A stretch of 64,000 nt of DNA from Candidatus Nomurabacteria bacterium (GTDB lineage: Bacteria; Patescibacteriota; Minisyncoccia; Phycocordibacterales; SBAW01). Made by a program: the position numbers and the translations under genes. Location of the stretch: assembly GCA_020854065.1 (NCBI GenBank), contig JADZGF010000005.1, forward strand, positions 8,925 through 72,924, given 5' to 3'. Below the pieces are notes generated by a model that was given only the letters and a program-made list of their open reading frames with translations, had not been told where the DNA came from and did no database searches. Numbering within the stretch: position 1 is the first letter of the stretch; every line of letters starts with the position of its first letter. Shown piece by piece: positions 1-9,401 of the stretch.

Positions 1-84
1 CCGGTGCAGGTTGGTACTCGCACGGATTGGTCGCAGGCGGCGATGGGTGCAGGTGTTTTAGGTCTGACGGAATAGCAACATTAC
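1..84 (+). CDS. C-terminal end of an upstream RCC1-repeat protein (partial)
   Basis: Frame 1 translates to PVQVGTRTDWSQAAMGAGVLGLTE followed by a stop. The PVQVGT..W motif matches the RCC1 blades of the next gene. Confidence 0.45.
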
Positions 85-501
85 ATGACAAAAATATCAT
101 CAGCGCGGATAGATATGGAGGGCGGTCGCGTAGACGACTCGGTACTTAAAAGTTTTGCTGAAACTTTGGTTGGTGGGGCAGCGGGGACTAACACCACCTC
201 GACCTACACCGTTGATATCCAAACAGGCAACACCTACCATCTTATTTTAAATGCAAACTGCACCTTTACGTTTAGTAACCCGACTCCAGCAGGCACCTCC
301 TGCTATATCACCATACTCTTGAAACAAGACGGCACTGGCGGGTGGACTGCAACCTGGCCCGCTACAGTGGTCTGGCCAGACGACACTGCTCCAACAGTGA
401 CCACCACTGCAAGTACATGGGTGCTGTATCATTTTTTTACCGTAAATGCGGGCAAGACGTGGTTTGGGGCGGCAACTAATCCTTCCTCTGTATATACATA
501 A
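85..501 (+). CDS. hypothetical protein (Thr/Asn-rich, no recognisable domain)
   Basis: 138 aa ORF with an ATG start, tightly packed between two RCC1 genes. No motif recognised. Confidence 0.4.
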   Translation: MTKISSARIDMEGGRVDDSVLKSFAETLVGGAAGTNTTSTYTVDIQTGNTYHLILNANCTFTFSNPTPAGTSCYITILLKQDGTGGWTATWPATVVWPDDTAPTVTTTASTWVLYHFFTVNAGKTWFGAATNPSSVYT

Positions 502-547
502 AAATATACATAAAAAGGCGAGGTGCGAATAGTTTATACTAATTACT

Positions 548-1654
548 ATGCTCCCGCATCGTGTGTTAACAGTTGCAACAATTCCGGAAGGAGGAAGTCT
601 TTGGGCAACCGGTGGATATGGTAATGGTGTTATCGGCAATAATACCAACAATAACTACTCCTCTCCAGTACAAGTGGGCACACTCGCTACTTGGTCGCAG
701 GTGTCGGCGGGGACTTTACACACCACCGCTGTTAAAACCGACGGTACGTTATGGGCGTGGGGAAATAACGGCGCAGGGCAGGTTGGCGACAACACTGTTA
801 TAACTCGCTCCTCACCAGTACAAGTAGGTACCCTCGCCGATTGGTCACAAGTCTCTGCTGGAGGTACTCATACTGCCGCGGTGAAGACCGATGGCACCTT
901 ATGGGCATGGGGTCAAGGCACGACTGGTGTTGTTGGCGACAATGATAACGTTAATCGTTCCTCTCCGGTTAAAGTGGGCACTCTTTCTACCTGGTCGCAG
1001 GTTTCCGCGGGAGGATCCCACACTGCAGCCGTTAGAACCAACGGCACTTTATGGGCGTGGGGGCAAGGAACCTTAGGTCGCATTGGCCAAAATAACACCA
1101 TCACTCGCTCATCGCCGGTGCAGATTGGTGCACTCACCACCTGGTCACAAGTGTCGGCAGGAGGAAGCCACACTGCCGCAGTTAAGACTGACGGTACTCT
1201 GTGGGTGTGGGGGTATGGCACGTTTGGTGCAGTAGGCGATAATACGAACACGATCCGCTCCTCTCCAGTGCAAGTAGGCACGCTCACCACATGGTTGCAG
1301 GTATCGGCGGGGAAATATCACACTGCCGCGGTGAAGACTGACGGCACCATTTGGGCATGGGGATATAACAGCGCAGGGCAGGTTGGCGACAACTCCACGA
1401 CCACTCGCTCATCGCCGGTGCAAGTAGGGACGCTCACTACTTGGTCACAAGTTTCTCTTCCTGTGGGGGCGAGTCACACTACCGCGATTAAGACCGACGG
1501 GACGCTTTGGGCATGGGGGCTTAATAGCTTTGGTTTTCTCGGTGACAATACTGCTGATAGCCGTTCCTCACCTGTACAAATTGGTTCACGTGTTTGGTCG
1601 AACGTTGCCGCGGGGGGTCTACATACGGTGGCTGTTGGAGGGTCAGTAGGTTAA
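548..1654 (+). CDS. RCC1 (regulator of chromosome condensation)-like beta-propeller repeat protein
   Basis: Seven tandem roughly 53 aa repeats of the form DGTLWAWG.N..GQ.GDN....RSSPVQVG.L..WSQVSAG..HTAAVKT, which is the classic RCC1 blade signature. Confidence 0.85.
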   Translation: MLPHRVLTVATIPEGGSLWATGGYGNGVIGNNTNNNYSSPVQVGTLATWSQVSAGTLHTTAVKTDGTLWAWGNNGAGQVGDNTVITRSSPVQVGTLADWSQVSAGGTHTAAVKTDGTLWAWGQGTTGVVGDNDNVNRSSPVKVGTLSTWSQVSAGGSHTAAVRTNGTLWAWGQGTLGRIGQNNTITRSSPVQIGALTTWSQVSAGGSHTAAVKTDGTLWVWGYGTFGAVGDNTNTIRSSPVQVGTLTTWLQVSAGKYHTAAVKTDGTIWAWGYNSAGQVGDNSTTTRSSPVQVGTLTTWSQVSLPVGASHTTAIKTDGTLWAWGLNSFGFLGDNTADSRSSPVQIGSRVWSNVAAGGLHTVAVGGSVG

Positions 1655-1660
1655 AGTCTT

Positions 1661-3613
1661 TTGTTGCGGGAGTTACTCCTTTTTATATACAATGCCTGCA
1701 TGCACAAAGACCCACTCGACCTACAGCTCGAGGCGAGCATCCGCGGCGACATAGATGAAGCATGGCGTTTATCACAGCTTCTTGAGCAAGAGCGGCCCAC
1801 GGACAACCGCGCTGCATTTAACCGCGGATGGCACTACCTGCGTCTTGGTGATTTACAAAAAGGTTTGGCGCTAACTGAACGAGGAAGACTGGAGGGCGTG
1901 TATGGTTCTCCTGCGCTGAAGACAACCAAACCGCGTTGGCAGGGGGAAGATGTACGCGGCAAAACAATATTACTCCGTCTTGAAGGCGGCTTTGGTGATG
2001 AAATTGTTTTTTCTCGTTTTGCAAAGACTTTTGCCGACAGGGGGGCTCGTGTGATACTTGCAGCTTCAGAATCTATTGTTCCGCTACTCTCTCGGGTGTC
2101 GGGTGTTGCGCAGGCGATGCCACATCGGTTTGTTACCGATGATATGTTTGACTACTGGGTGCCGGGCATGGCCGCACCTCTTGATCTTGGTTTTACATAC
2201 GACACATTGCCAGGTGAGCCGTATGTAGTGCCGCGTGCCGACGCAGTGGCGCACTGGGCGCAGATAATAAAAAGTGACAAGCTAAAAGTAGGTATCCGTT
2301 GGTCAGGTAATCCCAAGTTTGAACACGAGCAACATCGACGCTTTCCTTTTGATGAGTTTTTACAGGCGGTATCACTACCAGGTGTAGAGCTATACAGTCT
2401 CCAGCGCGACCACGATATACGCGACTTGCCGGAACATGTCATTGATCTTCAAGACAAGCTCGTAAGCTGGGAAGATACTGCCGCGGCAATTGCTAACCTC
2501 GATTTAGTTATTACTTCCTGCACCTCTATTGCGCATCTTGCAGCAGCAATGGGGAAGGAAACATGGATTATCATCCCTATACTTCCGTATTACTTATGGG
2601 CCCTGCCAGGTGAAGTGAGTCCATGGTATAAAACCGCGAGACTCTTTCGACAAGAGGTGTTTAAAAACTGGAATGCACCTCTGCAAGGTATACATCGAGC
2701 GCTTGCAGAAAGGGTAGGAGTAGAAGCGCGGGTGGACTATACTAAACCATCCCAAAATCCTATGCCCCCAGCCCCTACACCAACACTTTTTCATAAACCC
2801 CACAGCGCACCGGTGCACAAAAACACCATGCATTTTGTAGCAGGATTGCCGCGTTCAGGCTCGACCGCACTTATGTCAGTCATGGCGCAAAATCCGCGCA
2901 TATTCGCATCTCCTATCTCAGGGCTTGCAGGTATATTTGGCGGTGTACACGCTAATTGGGATAAAAGTGAGTTTCATCAAGAGTTGCCCAACATGGCTGC
3001 AAAGAAACGTACTCTCCGTGCGTTGCTTGAGAACTATCACGAGACTGACCGACCTGTCATTTTAGACAAAGACCGAATATGGGTAATGCATATTGCACTC
3101 CTTGAAGAGGTGCTGGGTCGGAGAGTAAAGATCATTGTGCCGGTGCGGCCCTTGGTTGAGGTCATTGCCTCGTTTGAAGTGCTGCGCCAAAAGAATCCTC
3201 TTGAGTTTACGGGTGCTGATGACTCATTGGGCCCCAGCTCGACACTCGAGAGTCGCGCAGCATATTTTACCGACACCAAGGGACCTATTGGGGTGGCGTA
3301 TAACGCGATGAAAGATGCGGTAACTGCTGGATACTTAGACCGCATGTTGTTTGTGGACTATGGTCGCCTTACCTCTGCCCCTAAAATGCAGCTAAAGCGC
3401 ATTTATGAGTTTTTAGAAGAGCCGTACTTTGAGCATGACTTTAATAAAATTGAGCAGGTTGCTAAAGGTAATAGTCGTGGCGCGCATAAGTTCGAAGGGC
3501 TCCACGATATACGTCCACAGTTTAAAAAAGAGAGCCGCTCGGCGCGCGAGGTGCTTGGCGATGTATATGCTAAATATGACCACCCTGAGCCATGGGCGCC
3601 TTGGATACTCTAA
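1661..3613 (+). CDS. fusion protein: TPR-like N-terminus + GT9 (heptosyltransferase-fold) glycosyltransferase + C-terminal sulfotransferase domain
   Basis: The N-terminal half has GT9-like motifs (KTILLRLEGGFGDEIVFSRF near the start of the catalytic domain; ITSCTSIAHLAAAMGKETWII in the C-lobe). The C-terminal third has a sulfotransferase PAPS-binding 5'-PSB motif (GLPRSGSTAL) and a downstream 3'-PB-like region. Confidence 0.65.
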   Translation: MLRELLLFIYNACMHKDPLDLQLEASIRGDIDEAWRLSQLLEQERPTDNRAAFNRGWHYLRLGDLQKGLALTERGRLEGVYGSPALKTTKPRWQGEDVRGKTILLRLEGGFGDEIVFSRFAKTFADRGARVILAASESIVPLLSRVSGVAQAMPHRFVTDDMFDYWVPGMAAPLDLGFTYDTLPGEPYVVPRADAVAHWAQIIKSDKLKVGIRWSGNPKFEHEQHRRFPFDEFLQAVSLPGVELYSLQRDHDIRDLPEHVIDLQDKLVSWEDTAAAIANLDLVITSCTSIAHLAAAMGKETWIIIPILPYYLWALPGEVSPWYKTARLFRQEVFKNWNAPLQGIHRALAERVGVEARVDYTKPSQNPMPPAPTPTLFHKPHSAPVHKNTMHFVAGLPRSGSTALMSVMAQNPRIFASPISGLAGIFGGVHANWDKSEFHQELPNMAAKKRTLRALLENYHETDRPVILDKDRIWVMHIALLEEVLGRRVKIIVPVRPLVEVIASFEVLRQKNPLEFTGADDSLGPSSTLESRAAYFTDTKGPIGVAYNAMKDAVTAGYLDRMLFVDYGRLTSAPKMQLKRIYEFLEEPYFEHDFNKIEQVAKGNSRGAHKFEGLHDIRPQFKKESRSAREVLGDVYAKYDHPEPWAPWIL

Positions 3614-3616
3614 AGT

Positions 3617-4186
3617 ATGAAAGAAACTGCAAAATGCAAAGCAATGCGCGCGGCACGCGGCGACTTTGCAAAGTACCTGCACGGTGATGGGATAGACATT
3701 GGAGCGGGAGACGACACTCTGGCGGTTGAGAGTGGAACAGTGCGAGGATGGGATCAAAAGGACGGCGATGCGCAAGTGCTTGCAGGTGTCCCTACTAATG
3801 CATATGACTTTGTGTACTCGTCGCATTGTCTCGAGCATATGCGCAACGTAGAGGAGGCGCTTGGAAACTGGACCCGCGTGCTTAAACCAAAAGGGTATCT
3901 GTACGTAGTAGTACCGGATTATATTTTGTACGAAAAACTCACCTGGCCTTCTTTGTATAACACTGACCATAAACAGAGTTTTTCTTTTTTGGTAACACGC
4001 AATATGGTGAAGAGAAGCAACCACTACCATCTCGAGCAAGACCTTTTTCCTTTGTTGCAGCGCTTAGGGTATCGGATACTCTCTGCGGGGATAGAAGATA
4101 CCAATTTTAATTACAACGAAGGGCATGCCGACCAAACACTGGGGAGTGCCTTAGCGCAATTGTGTATCATTGCACAAAAGGTATGA
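3617..4186 (+). CDS. class I SAM-dependent methyltransferase
   Basis: Motif I-like GIDIGAGDD and a downstream hCLEHM acidic motif, with a Methyltransf_11/23-like layout. The stop overlaps the next start (ATGA). Confidence 0.55.
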   Translation: MKETAKCKAMRAARGDFAKYLHGDGIDIGAGDDTLAVESGTVRGWDQKDGDAQVLAGVPTNAYDFVYSSHCLEHMRNVEEALGNWTRVLKPKGYLYVVVPDYILYEKLTWPSLYNTDHKQSFSFLVTRNMVKRSNHYHLEQDLFPLLQRLGYRILSAGIEDTNFNYNEGHADQTLGSALAQLCIIAQKV

Positions 4187-4959
4187 AGCTCGACATTGTT
4201 GTACGTACACACTCAAGAGGGAATGTGCATAACGCTAAAGAATGGGGCGAGCGGTATGTTGGTGCACCTAAAAACGAGGTGATGTTTCGATGTGTTAACT
4301 CACTTGTCACTTCAATCAATCTCGCCGAAGCAGATATACGCGTATGGGTGCTTGATGACAGCTCAGATGAAGCGTCATTGCAGACGTTGCACACCATTAT
4401 AAACAAGTGCCGCTACCCTACAGAATTAATACAACTCCCACCTGAGCAGTGTGGGGTGCAGGGGAGTGCCCTAGCGCAGTTTGAAGCTGGGAAGACGTAC
4501 GGGCGCGAGGTGGTGTACTTTGTCGAGGACGACTATTTGCACACATCAAGTGCGATACAGGAAATGATTGATATGTATGAGTTGGGCAAGAAAAATACCA
4601 AAGGCAAAGAGGTGGCACTTTTCCCTTGTGATTATCCGGATCGATACCAACCAGGCGGCATTAAGTCTTCTTTCATAGTGTATGGAAGCAGACGTCATTG
4701 GCGGACCATACAAGAATCGACCAATACCTGCATGCTTAGTCATGCTCTTTTAGTTGCACACTGGCATCAATTTGAAACACTTGCTAGAAACTATCAACTC
4801 GATCCTGCTGTTACGGAAGAAAACACCGTTAATACTGTATGGCGAGAGCATGCTGTTTTGTTTTCCCCCATACCATCGCTTGCACTCCATGTGCAGTTTA
4901 AGCAGCATAAAGATCCGTATATCGACTGGAAGAGTTGGTGGGACGCTGCGAGGTATTAA
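4183..4959 (+). CDS. family 2-like glycosyltransferase (GT-A fold)
   Basis: VWVLDDSSDE and VYFVEDDYLH (DXD) motifs. The start is placed at MKLDIVV (ATG 4183), overlapping the upstream stop. The ORF track shows an earlier in-frame Met at 4162. Confidence 0.6.
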   Translation: MKLDIVVRTHSRGNVHNAKEWGERYVGAPKNEVMFRCVNSLVTSINLAEADIRVWVLDDSSDEASLQTLHTIINKCRYPTELIQLPPEQCGVQGSALAQFEAGKTYGREVVYFVEDDYLHTSSAIQEMIDMYELGKKNTKGKEVALFPCDYPDRYQPGGIKSSFIVYGSRRHWRTIQESTNTCMLSHALLVAHWHQFETLARNYQLDPAVTEENTVNTVWREHAVLFSPIPSLALHVQFKQHKDPYIDWKSWWDAARY

Positions 4960-5555
4960 CCTTTCTTCCAAAGACTCAGTATCTGATTGTGGTTGCCAAG
5001 ATAGGGATAATATCCAACAAGGCTGAAGTGTTTGGTCATAAGATCAGAGACCTTGATACCATCGTCGTGCCATACGGCCATGCCATTTTTTGGTTCAGTG
5101 GGGACGTAACGTGCAGGCTCGTTAAGCAGCACCACTGTGCCGCCAGGTTTTAATACCGAGTTGATCTTTTTTATTTCTTCTTCAGGTTTCTCGGCATGTT
5201 GCAGCGCAAACGCCGCAAGTGCTATGTCGATGTTTTGTTCGTGATGGTTAAACTTTGGGTTAAAGCGGCCATCACTCACATATTTTTGTGCTTCATGAAG
5301 CATCCCCGCGCTTATATCAACCCCAATTACTTTGCAGCCCACGCGCTCGATAAGTCTCTTGGCCACACGACCCATGCCGCAGCCAAAGTCGAGCACTATC
5401 GATGATTGAATAAGAGGGACATTTTTTATCATAAACTCAACCAAATGGTCAGTTTCTTCTGCGAATTTGTGTGGTCGTGTTGGGTCGGGCACCAACACGA
5501 TATCTTTGGCATGCGCTAGGTTAAGAGGATCAAACGTTTCTTTGTGGTATTTCAT
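4956..5555 (-). CDS. class I SAM-dependent methyltransferase
   Basis: VLDFGCGMGR (motif I) and VLLNEP (motif IV-like) in a Methyltransf_11-like arrangement. Confidence 0.65.
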   Translation of the reverse strand: MKYHKETFDPLNLAHAKDIVLVPDPTRPHKFAEETDHLVEFMIKNVPLIQSSIVLDFGCGMGRVAKRLIERVGCKVIGVDISAGMLHEAQKYVSDGRFNPKFNHHEQNIDIALAAFALQHAEKPEEEIKKINSVLKPGGTVVLLNEPARYVPTEPKNGMAVWHDDGIKVSDLMTKHFSLVGYYPYLGNHNQILSLWKKG

Positions 5556-5935
5556 TGTGCGTAGTGCTTTTCGTCGCGGAGCGTCGAGCCTATGTGTTCG
5601 TCAATTTTTTGCTTAGTAGCGATTCGCTTTGCGTTGCTTTTGTGTACAAGTCCCGAATGTTTTGCAGCTTTCTCCCATTCCTTTTTGCGTAGGTATATGC
5701 GTACTTTGTCTTCAAGCTGCCATTGGCGCTTGTTGATGGTAAAGAGGGTGAGGTGTAATTTACGCAGTGCCTTGCTTTTAGGGAGGGTTTTGTAGATTTT
5801 TTTTAGCTCAGTTAAATGTTTTTTGGTATTAGCGATTTTTGCATGATCGGTAAAGTAGAGGAGTTTAATTTCGAGTATGGTTATGCGGTCGATGAGGTCG
5901 CCAGCCGATGAAGGTATTAGGATTTTCATACGCAA
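5552..5935 (-). CDS. hypothetical basic protein
   Basis: 127 aa ORF translationally coupled to its neighbours (4 nt overlap with the downstream gene). Lys-rich with predicted helices. No domain recognised. Confidence 0.4.
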   Translation of the reverse strand: MRMKILIPSSAGDLIDRITILEIKLLYFTDHAKIANTKKHLTELKKIYKTLPKSKALRKLHLTLFTINKRQWQLEDKVRIYLRKKEWEKAAKHSGLVHKSNAKRIATKQKIDEHIGSTLRDEKHYAQ

Positions 5936-7534
5936 CTACTGTACCTCTTGCGTGTATAGTGTTGCAACTTCTTTTGCCACCTCCTCAGGCTCTGGCAGAT
6001 ATACTGACCAATCAGCCACTGGGACATCGACGTGCATTGCCTCGCCATTGACTGGTTCGCCCAAAATGTCGTCGGCCAACAAGCGCTTGTAGAGCGCTTT
6101 TGTTTTGTATCCCGTTGACCCTTTGCGGTATGGAAAGACGAGGTCTGGGTGTTTGCAGGTAGCGAGCATAACTATCCAGTTATCAAACGCCCCTGCAAGC
6201 TGCACCGGTGAACTATCGTTCGTAAGTAATACCGGCGCAGCCTCCATGAGTGCAAAGAGCTCACCAAGCTCAAGAGTGTTGCGCAAGTCTGTACCGCTTG
6301 GTGGGCACACCACTGGCACAAGTCCTGTTTTGTCTCCATCAACAGACGAGTGGCCTTTGCCGATAAGGCATACGATAAGGCCCTCTTTGGCGAGAAGATC
6401 AACAGTCGATTGCCACCAAGGCAGTGGTAATGTTTTGCTTGCCCAACTTTTGCCGGCATGGACAAGTACTACCTTTGACATATCAATGCCCTGCATCCGC
6501 GCAGCAAGACGTTCACGGTCTGTAGCGTTAGGTACCAAACGGATTTCACGATCTTTAAGCGGAAGCATGCGCATGAGCATGGTCATGGCATGGAAGTCGA
6601 TCATGTGGGTAAGGAGAAACGACACCGAGCGAGAGAGTGCCGAGTCGGGGTTGGGGAGCGTCCAAAAGGTGCGGTATACAACTCCTTGAGGATTAAAGGA
6701 ATTGTGTACATGCACGGGTACACCTAAGTGTTCGTACATGCGTGGCCAAAAACAGGAGATACGAACATTGTCAGTTGGATACAGATGCTCGCGCAAGTAT
6801 CGGATAGCGGGCTCAGCAGAGGCGTGATCGCCCAACCCACCAAACACACTCACCATAATATTCTTCTTGTACTGGTGTTTACCTACATTGGCTGACCATG
6901 TTTCTAAATCATTGCGCATGACGGGCACAAGTACCTCGGGAGAAGGGTAATTACTGTAGTGGATGATATAAGAATCAAAGCGCTCTTCGCCTGTCGTGTC
7001 GAGTGCGGGGAGGCGGTTAAATACATAGGGCAGGGGCAGTATGGCGGTTTCTTTAGCGGCAAACACCGCGCTCATATATTGATTGATCGAAAAACCGAGC
7101 ATTGGGTCTTGTGGGTGCGCAAACAAGTCGCGGTTTTGTTTTGACACTACCAACACGCCGCTGTCATAGATGGTTGGTTTTGTAATTTCTGTACCAAGCA
7201 GCATGGTTGCCGATTGGGCAAGTTCTTTGGTTTTTTCATCAGCGTTTTGCAAAGGGTACGCTCCCACCTTTTCTTCGGCGACGATCTCAAACAGGTCGGG
7301 ACAATCTTCGCGCACGATACAATCGGGTGCTATGTATATGACACGGTCGTATTTCTCGAGTGCATCGTAGAGTTGCAATATGCCCCATGCAGGATGCACG
7401 CCTGATAGTTTTTCCTCCTTTATTTCATCAAAGTCGGCACCAATGCGGCTCGCGTACGCTTTAATCGAAGGCGCACTTACATCGGCAAGTGTTTTGTAGT
7501 CTCTCAGGGTTGAGGTAAGGACAAGTTTTTTCAT
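5936..7534 (-). CDS. two-domain glycosyltransferase: N-terminal GT-A (GT8/GT32-like, DXD) + C-terminal GT9-like (heptosyltransferase fold)
   Basis: The N-terminal half has VIYIAPDCIV and DSGVLVV, typical of GT-A nucleotide-sugar transferases. The C-terminal half has VVLVHAGKSWASKTLP....GLIVCLIGKG and LLTNDSSPVQLAGAFD, matching GT9 motifs. The start is placed at MKKLVLTS (7534), which overlaps the upstream gene's stop. The ORF track extends to 7582. Confidence 0.6.
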   Translation of the reverse strand: MKKLVLTSTLRDYKTLADVSAPSIKAYASRIGADFDEIKEEKLSGVHPAWGILQLYDALEKYDRVIYIAPDCIVREDCPDLFEIVAEEKVGAYPLQNADEKTKELAQSATMLLGTEITKPTIYDSGVLVVSKQNRDLFAHPQDPMLGFSINQYMSAVFAAKETAILPLPYVFNRLPALDTTGEERFDSYIIHYSNYPSPEVLVPVMRNDLETWSANVGKHQYKKNIMVSVFGGLGDHASAEPAIRYLREHLYPTDNVRISCFWPRMYEHLGVPVHVHNSFNPQGVVYRTFWTLPNPDSALSRSVSFLLTHMIDFHAMTMLMRMLPLKDREIRLVPNATDRERLAARMQGIDMSKVVLVHAGKSWASKTLPLPWWQSTVDLLAKEGLIVCLIGKGHSSVDGDKTGLVPVVCPPSGTDLRNTLELGELFALMEAAPVLLTNDSSPVQLAGAFDNWIVMLATCKHPDLVFPYRKGSTGYKTKALYKRLLADDILGEPVNGEAMHVDVPVADWSVYLPEPEEVAKEVATLYTQEVQ

Positions 7535-8760
7535 CGGTCGTTTCGTATATACGTGCAGGCGTGGTGCACAGCTCCTACCCAATCACCATACCTTGGCTGG
7601 CGCAGCGCAACCATGTTTGGGTACCATGGCGCACTGTCCAGTGGCAGCCAGTAGTGGTGTGGGGCGTGTGGCAAGAGTACGAGTGTTTTTTTACCCAAGT
7701 TGCCTGCCAAGTGTGCGGTCGAGGTGTCGTTAGTGACTATATAGTCCATAAGGCTCATTACCGAAGCTGTGCTCTCCCACGACGGGAGCCCCGCTTCGGT
7801 GTCATACACAGGAGCGTCTTTAGGGAGTGTGTTGTTGCCTGCGTCGCGCTGTAAGCTGTAGAGTTGCCCCACCTCGTTTAGTTTTAGTATTTCTTGTGCA
7901 GGAGGTGATTTGCGCTCGAGATAATCAAATGCCCAGTTTCCCTGCCAATGTATGCCAATCTTTACGCGGCCATTTGCTACTTCCGTAATTTTTGGTTCCC
8001 ATTTTTTAACCTCTTCCTTAAGTGGTGCAAAAGTAGGAAATTCCATACCAACCAAAGGATCCCTAATAGCAAAGAGCGGGATCATACTCATGGCGGGGAT
8101 GTAGTAGTCGTATTCGTCTGGGTTAATGGTTTTTATCGCCCGTACGTCTTTCATTCCGGACATGCGGGCGATAAGGGGAACAAGCCGTTGATGTGCGCCG
8201 ACTATGACCGTTGCGCCGTGTTTCTCGAGCCACGGGGCAAAGCGTGCGTAGGCCAGTTCATCGCCAAAGCCGCCTTCGAGTGCAAGTAATACTCTTTTGC
8301 CCTCAAGCAACATTCCTTTTATATACTTCTTCTCTATTGGTAGAGCGTGCGAGGCGTCTATGCGATAAATACCAATCTCTGGCTCGAGCTCGGTAAAGCC
8401 ATGAGCCGTGTCGCCATGTCTGAGCATGTGCCAGCCGGTAAGGTATGCGAGTCCAGGAGTCCCTCGAGGAACCTGGCGTGCGAGTCTTTCGCTTTCATCA
8501 AACTCGCCTATGTATCGAAGATAGTGCGCTAATTTTATTTGGTAATTAAAATTCCCTGGCTCTACAGCGAGCAGGGCTCTCATGATCGCCGCTGCTTCTG
8601 GTGCACGCATAAGATTAAAGAGGCACTCTGCTTCGACTGCTTGGAGCAGTTCATCAGTGCGGCCCAGCGCCTGCAGTTGTTTAACACACGCAAGTGCTTC
8701 ACTAAACTGTTTTTGCGCAAAGTACTCTTGGCCCCTGCGTATAAGCTCTTGTTCGTCCAT
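7531..8760 (-). CDS. TPR-repeat + GT9-like (heptosyltransferase-fold) glycosyltransferase
   Basis: N-terminal TPR-like helices. KRVLLALEGGFGDELAYARF and IVTNDTSTAHLAGNLGKKTLVLLP are paralogous to the N-terminal half of the 1661..3613 protein. Confidence 0.65.
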   Translation of the reverse strand: MDEQELIRRGQEYFAQKQFSEALACVKQLQALGRTDELLQAVEAECLFNLMRAPEAAAIMRALLAVEPGNFNYQIKLAHYLRYIGEFDESERLARQVPRGTPGLAYLTGWHMLRHGDTAHGFTELEPEIGIYRIDASHALPIEKKYIKGMLLEGKRVLLALEGGFGDELAYARFAPWLEKHGATVIVGAHQRLVPLIARMSGMKDVRAIKTINPDEYDYYIPAMSMIPLFAIRDPLVGMEFPTFAPLKEEVKKWEPKITEVANGRVKIGIHWQGNWAFDYLERKSPPAQEILKLNEVGQLYSLQRDAGNNTLPKDAPVYDTEAGLPSWESTASVMSLMDYIVTNDTSTAHLAGNLGKKTLVLLPHAPHHYWLPLDSAPWYPNMVALRQPRYGDWVGAVHHACTYIRNDR

Positions 8761-8762
8761 GG

Positions 8763-9401
8763 TTACAGTAAAGCCCCTGGGTTATGTCCCTGTGCCGCGA
8801 GCCACGCTGCTCCGCGCGCAGGCTTAACGACGCGAGGCTTCATAGTTATCTCTACACAAATATTGTTTTGATGTTGCTGCAAATGTTCCAGGTCGTTCAT
8901 GGTAAGGCGGCCCGCTTCTACCTCGGTAGCAATTTTTTGCGTGTAGCTGTAGTTGACGTCTTTTTGTTGCAGGTCGATGTCTACACCGGTGAAGAGTCCA
9001 AGCTTTGTCTCACGGATACCTTGCTCGGCCATCTGTATGTTGCGTGCCTGGTCAAACATAGCTATGCCAACTGGAGTAATTGGTCGCTTATGAGTTGGGT
9101 CATGGGCAAAGTTCTCATGATTCCAATGGGGGACGGTAATATCTATGACTGCACCATTTTTACAAATACGGTAGAGTTCCTTCCAGATATTTAAATAGGC
9201 CGCTGTAGTTTCGCCTAAGTGTTCAAGTGTGTGTTCAAGCTTCACCTCATCAACTGAACTATCTTCCCAAGGCCACGGTGTTTTCTCGAGGTCCCACACC
9301 ACATCAGGTTGGCACTCAGGGGCGGAGTCTACATTGATATAGCCCGGATACTTTTTAAATCCGCATCCGAGGTTGAGCAGTACGGTGGTTTGAGTACTCA
9401 T
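8763..9401 (-). CDS. class I SAM-dependent methyltransferase-like protein
   Basis: VLLNLGCGFKKYPGYINVD (motif I) and a later LEHTLEHL, consistent with Methyltransf_11/23. Confidence 0.55.
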   Translation of the reverse strand: MSTQTTVLLNLGCGFKKYPGYINVDSAPECQPDVVWDLEKTPWPWEDSSVDEVKLEHTLEHLGETTAAYLNIWKELYRICKNGAVIDITVPHWNHENFAHDPTHKRPITPVGIAMFDQARNIQMAEQGIRETKLGLFTGVDIDLQQKDVNYSYTQKIATEVEAGRLTMNDLEHLQQHQNNICVEITMKPRVVKPARGAAWLAAQGHNPGALL

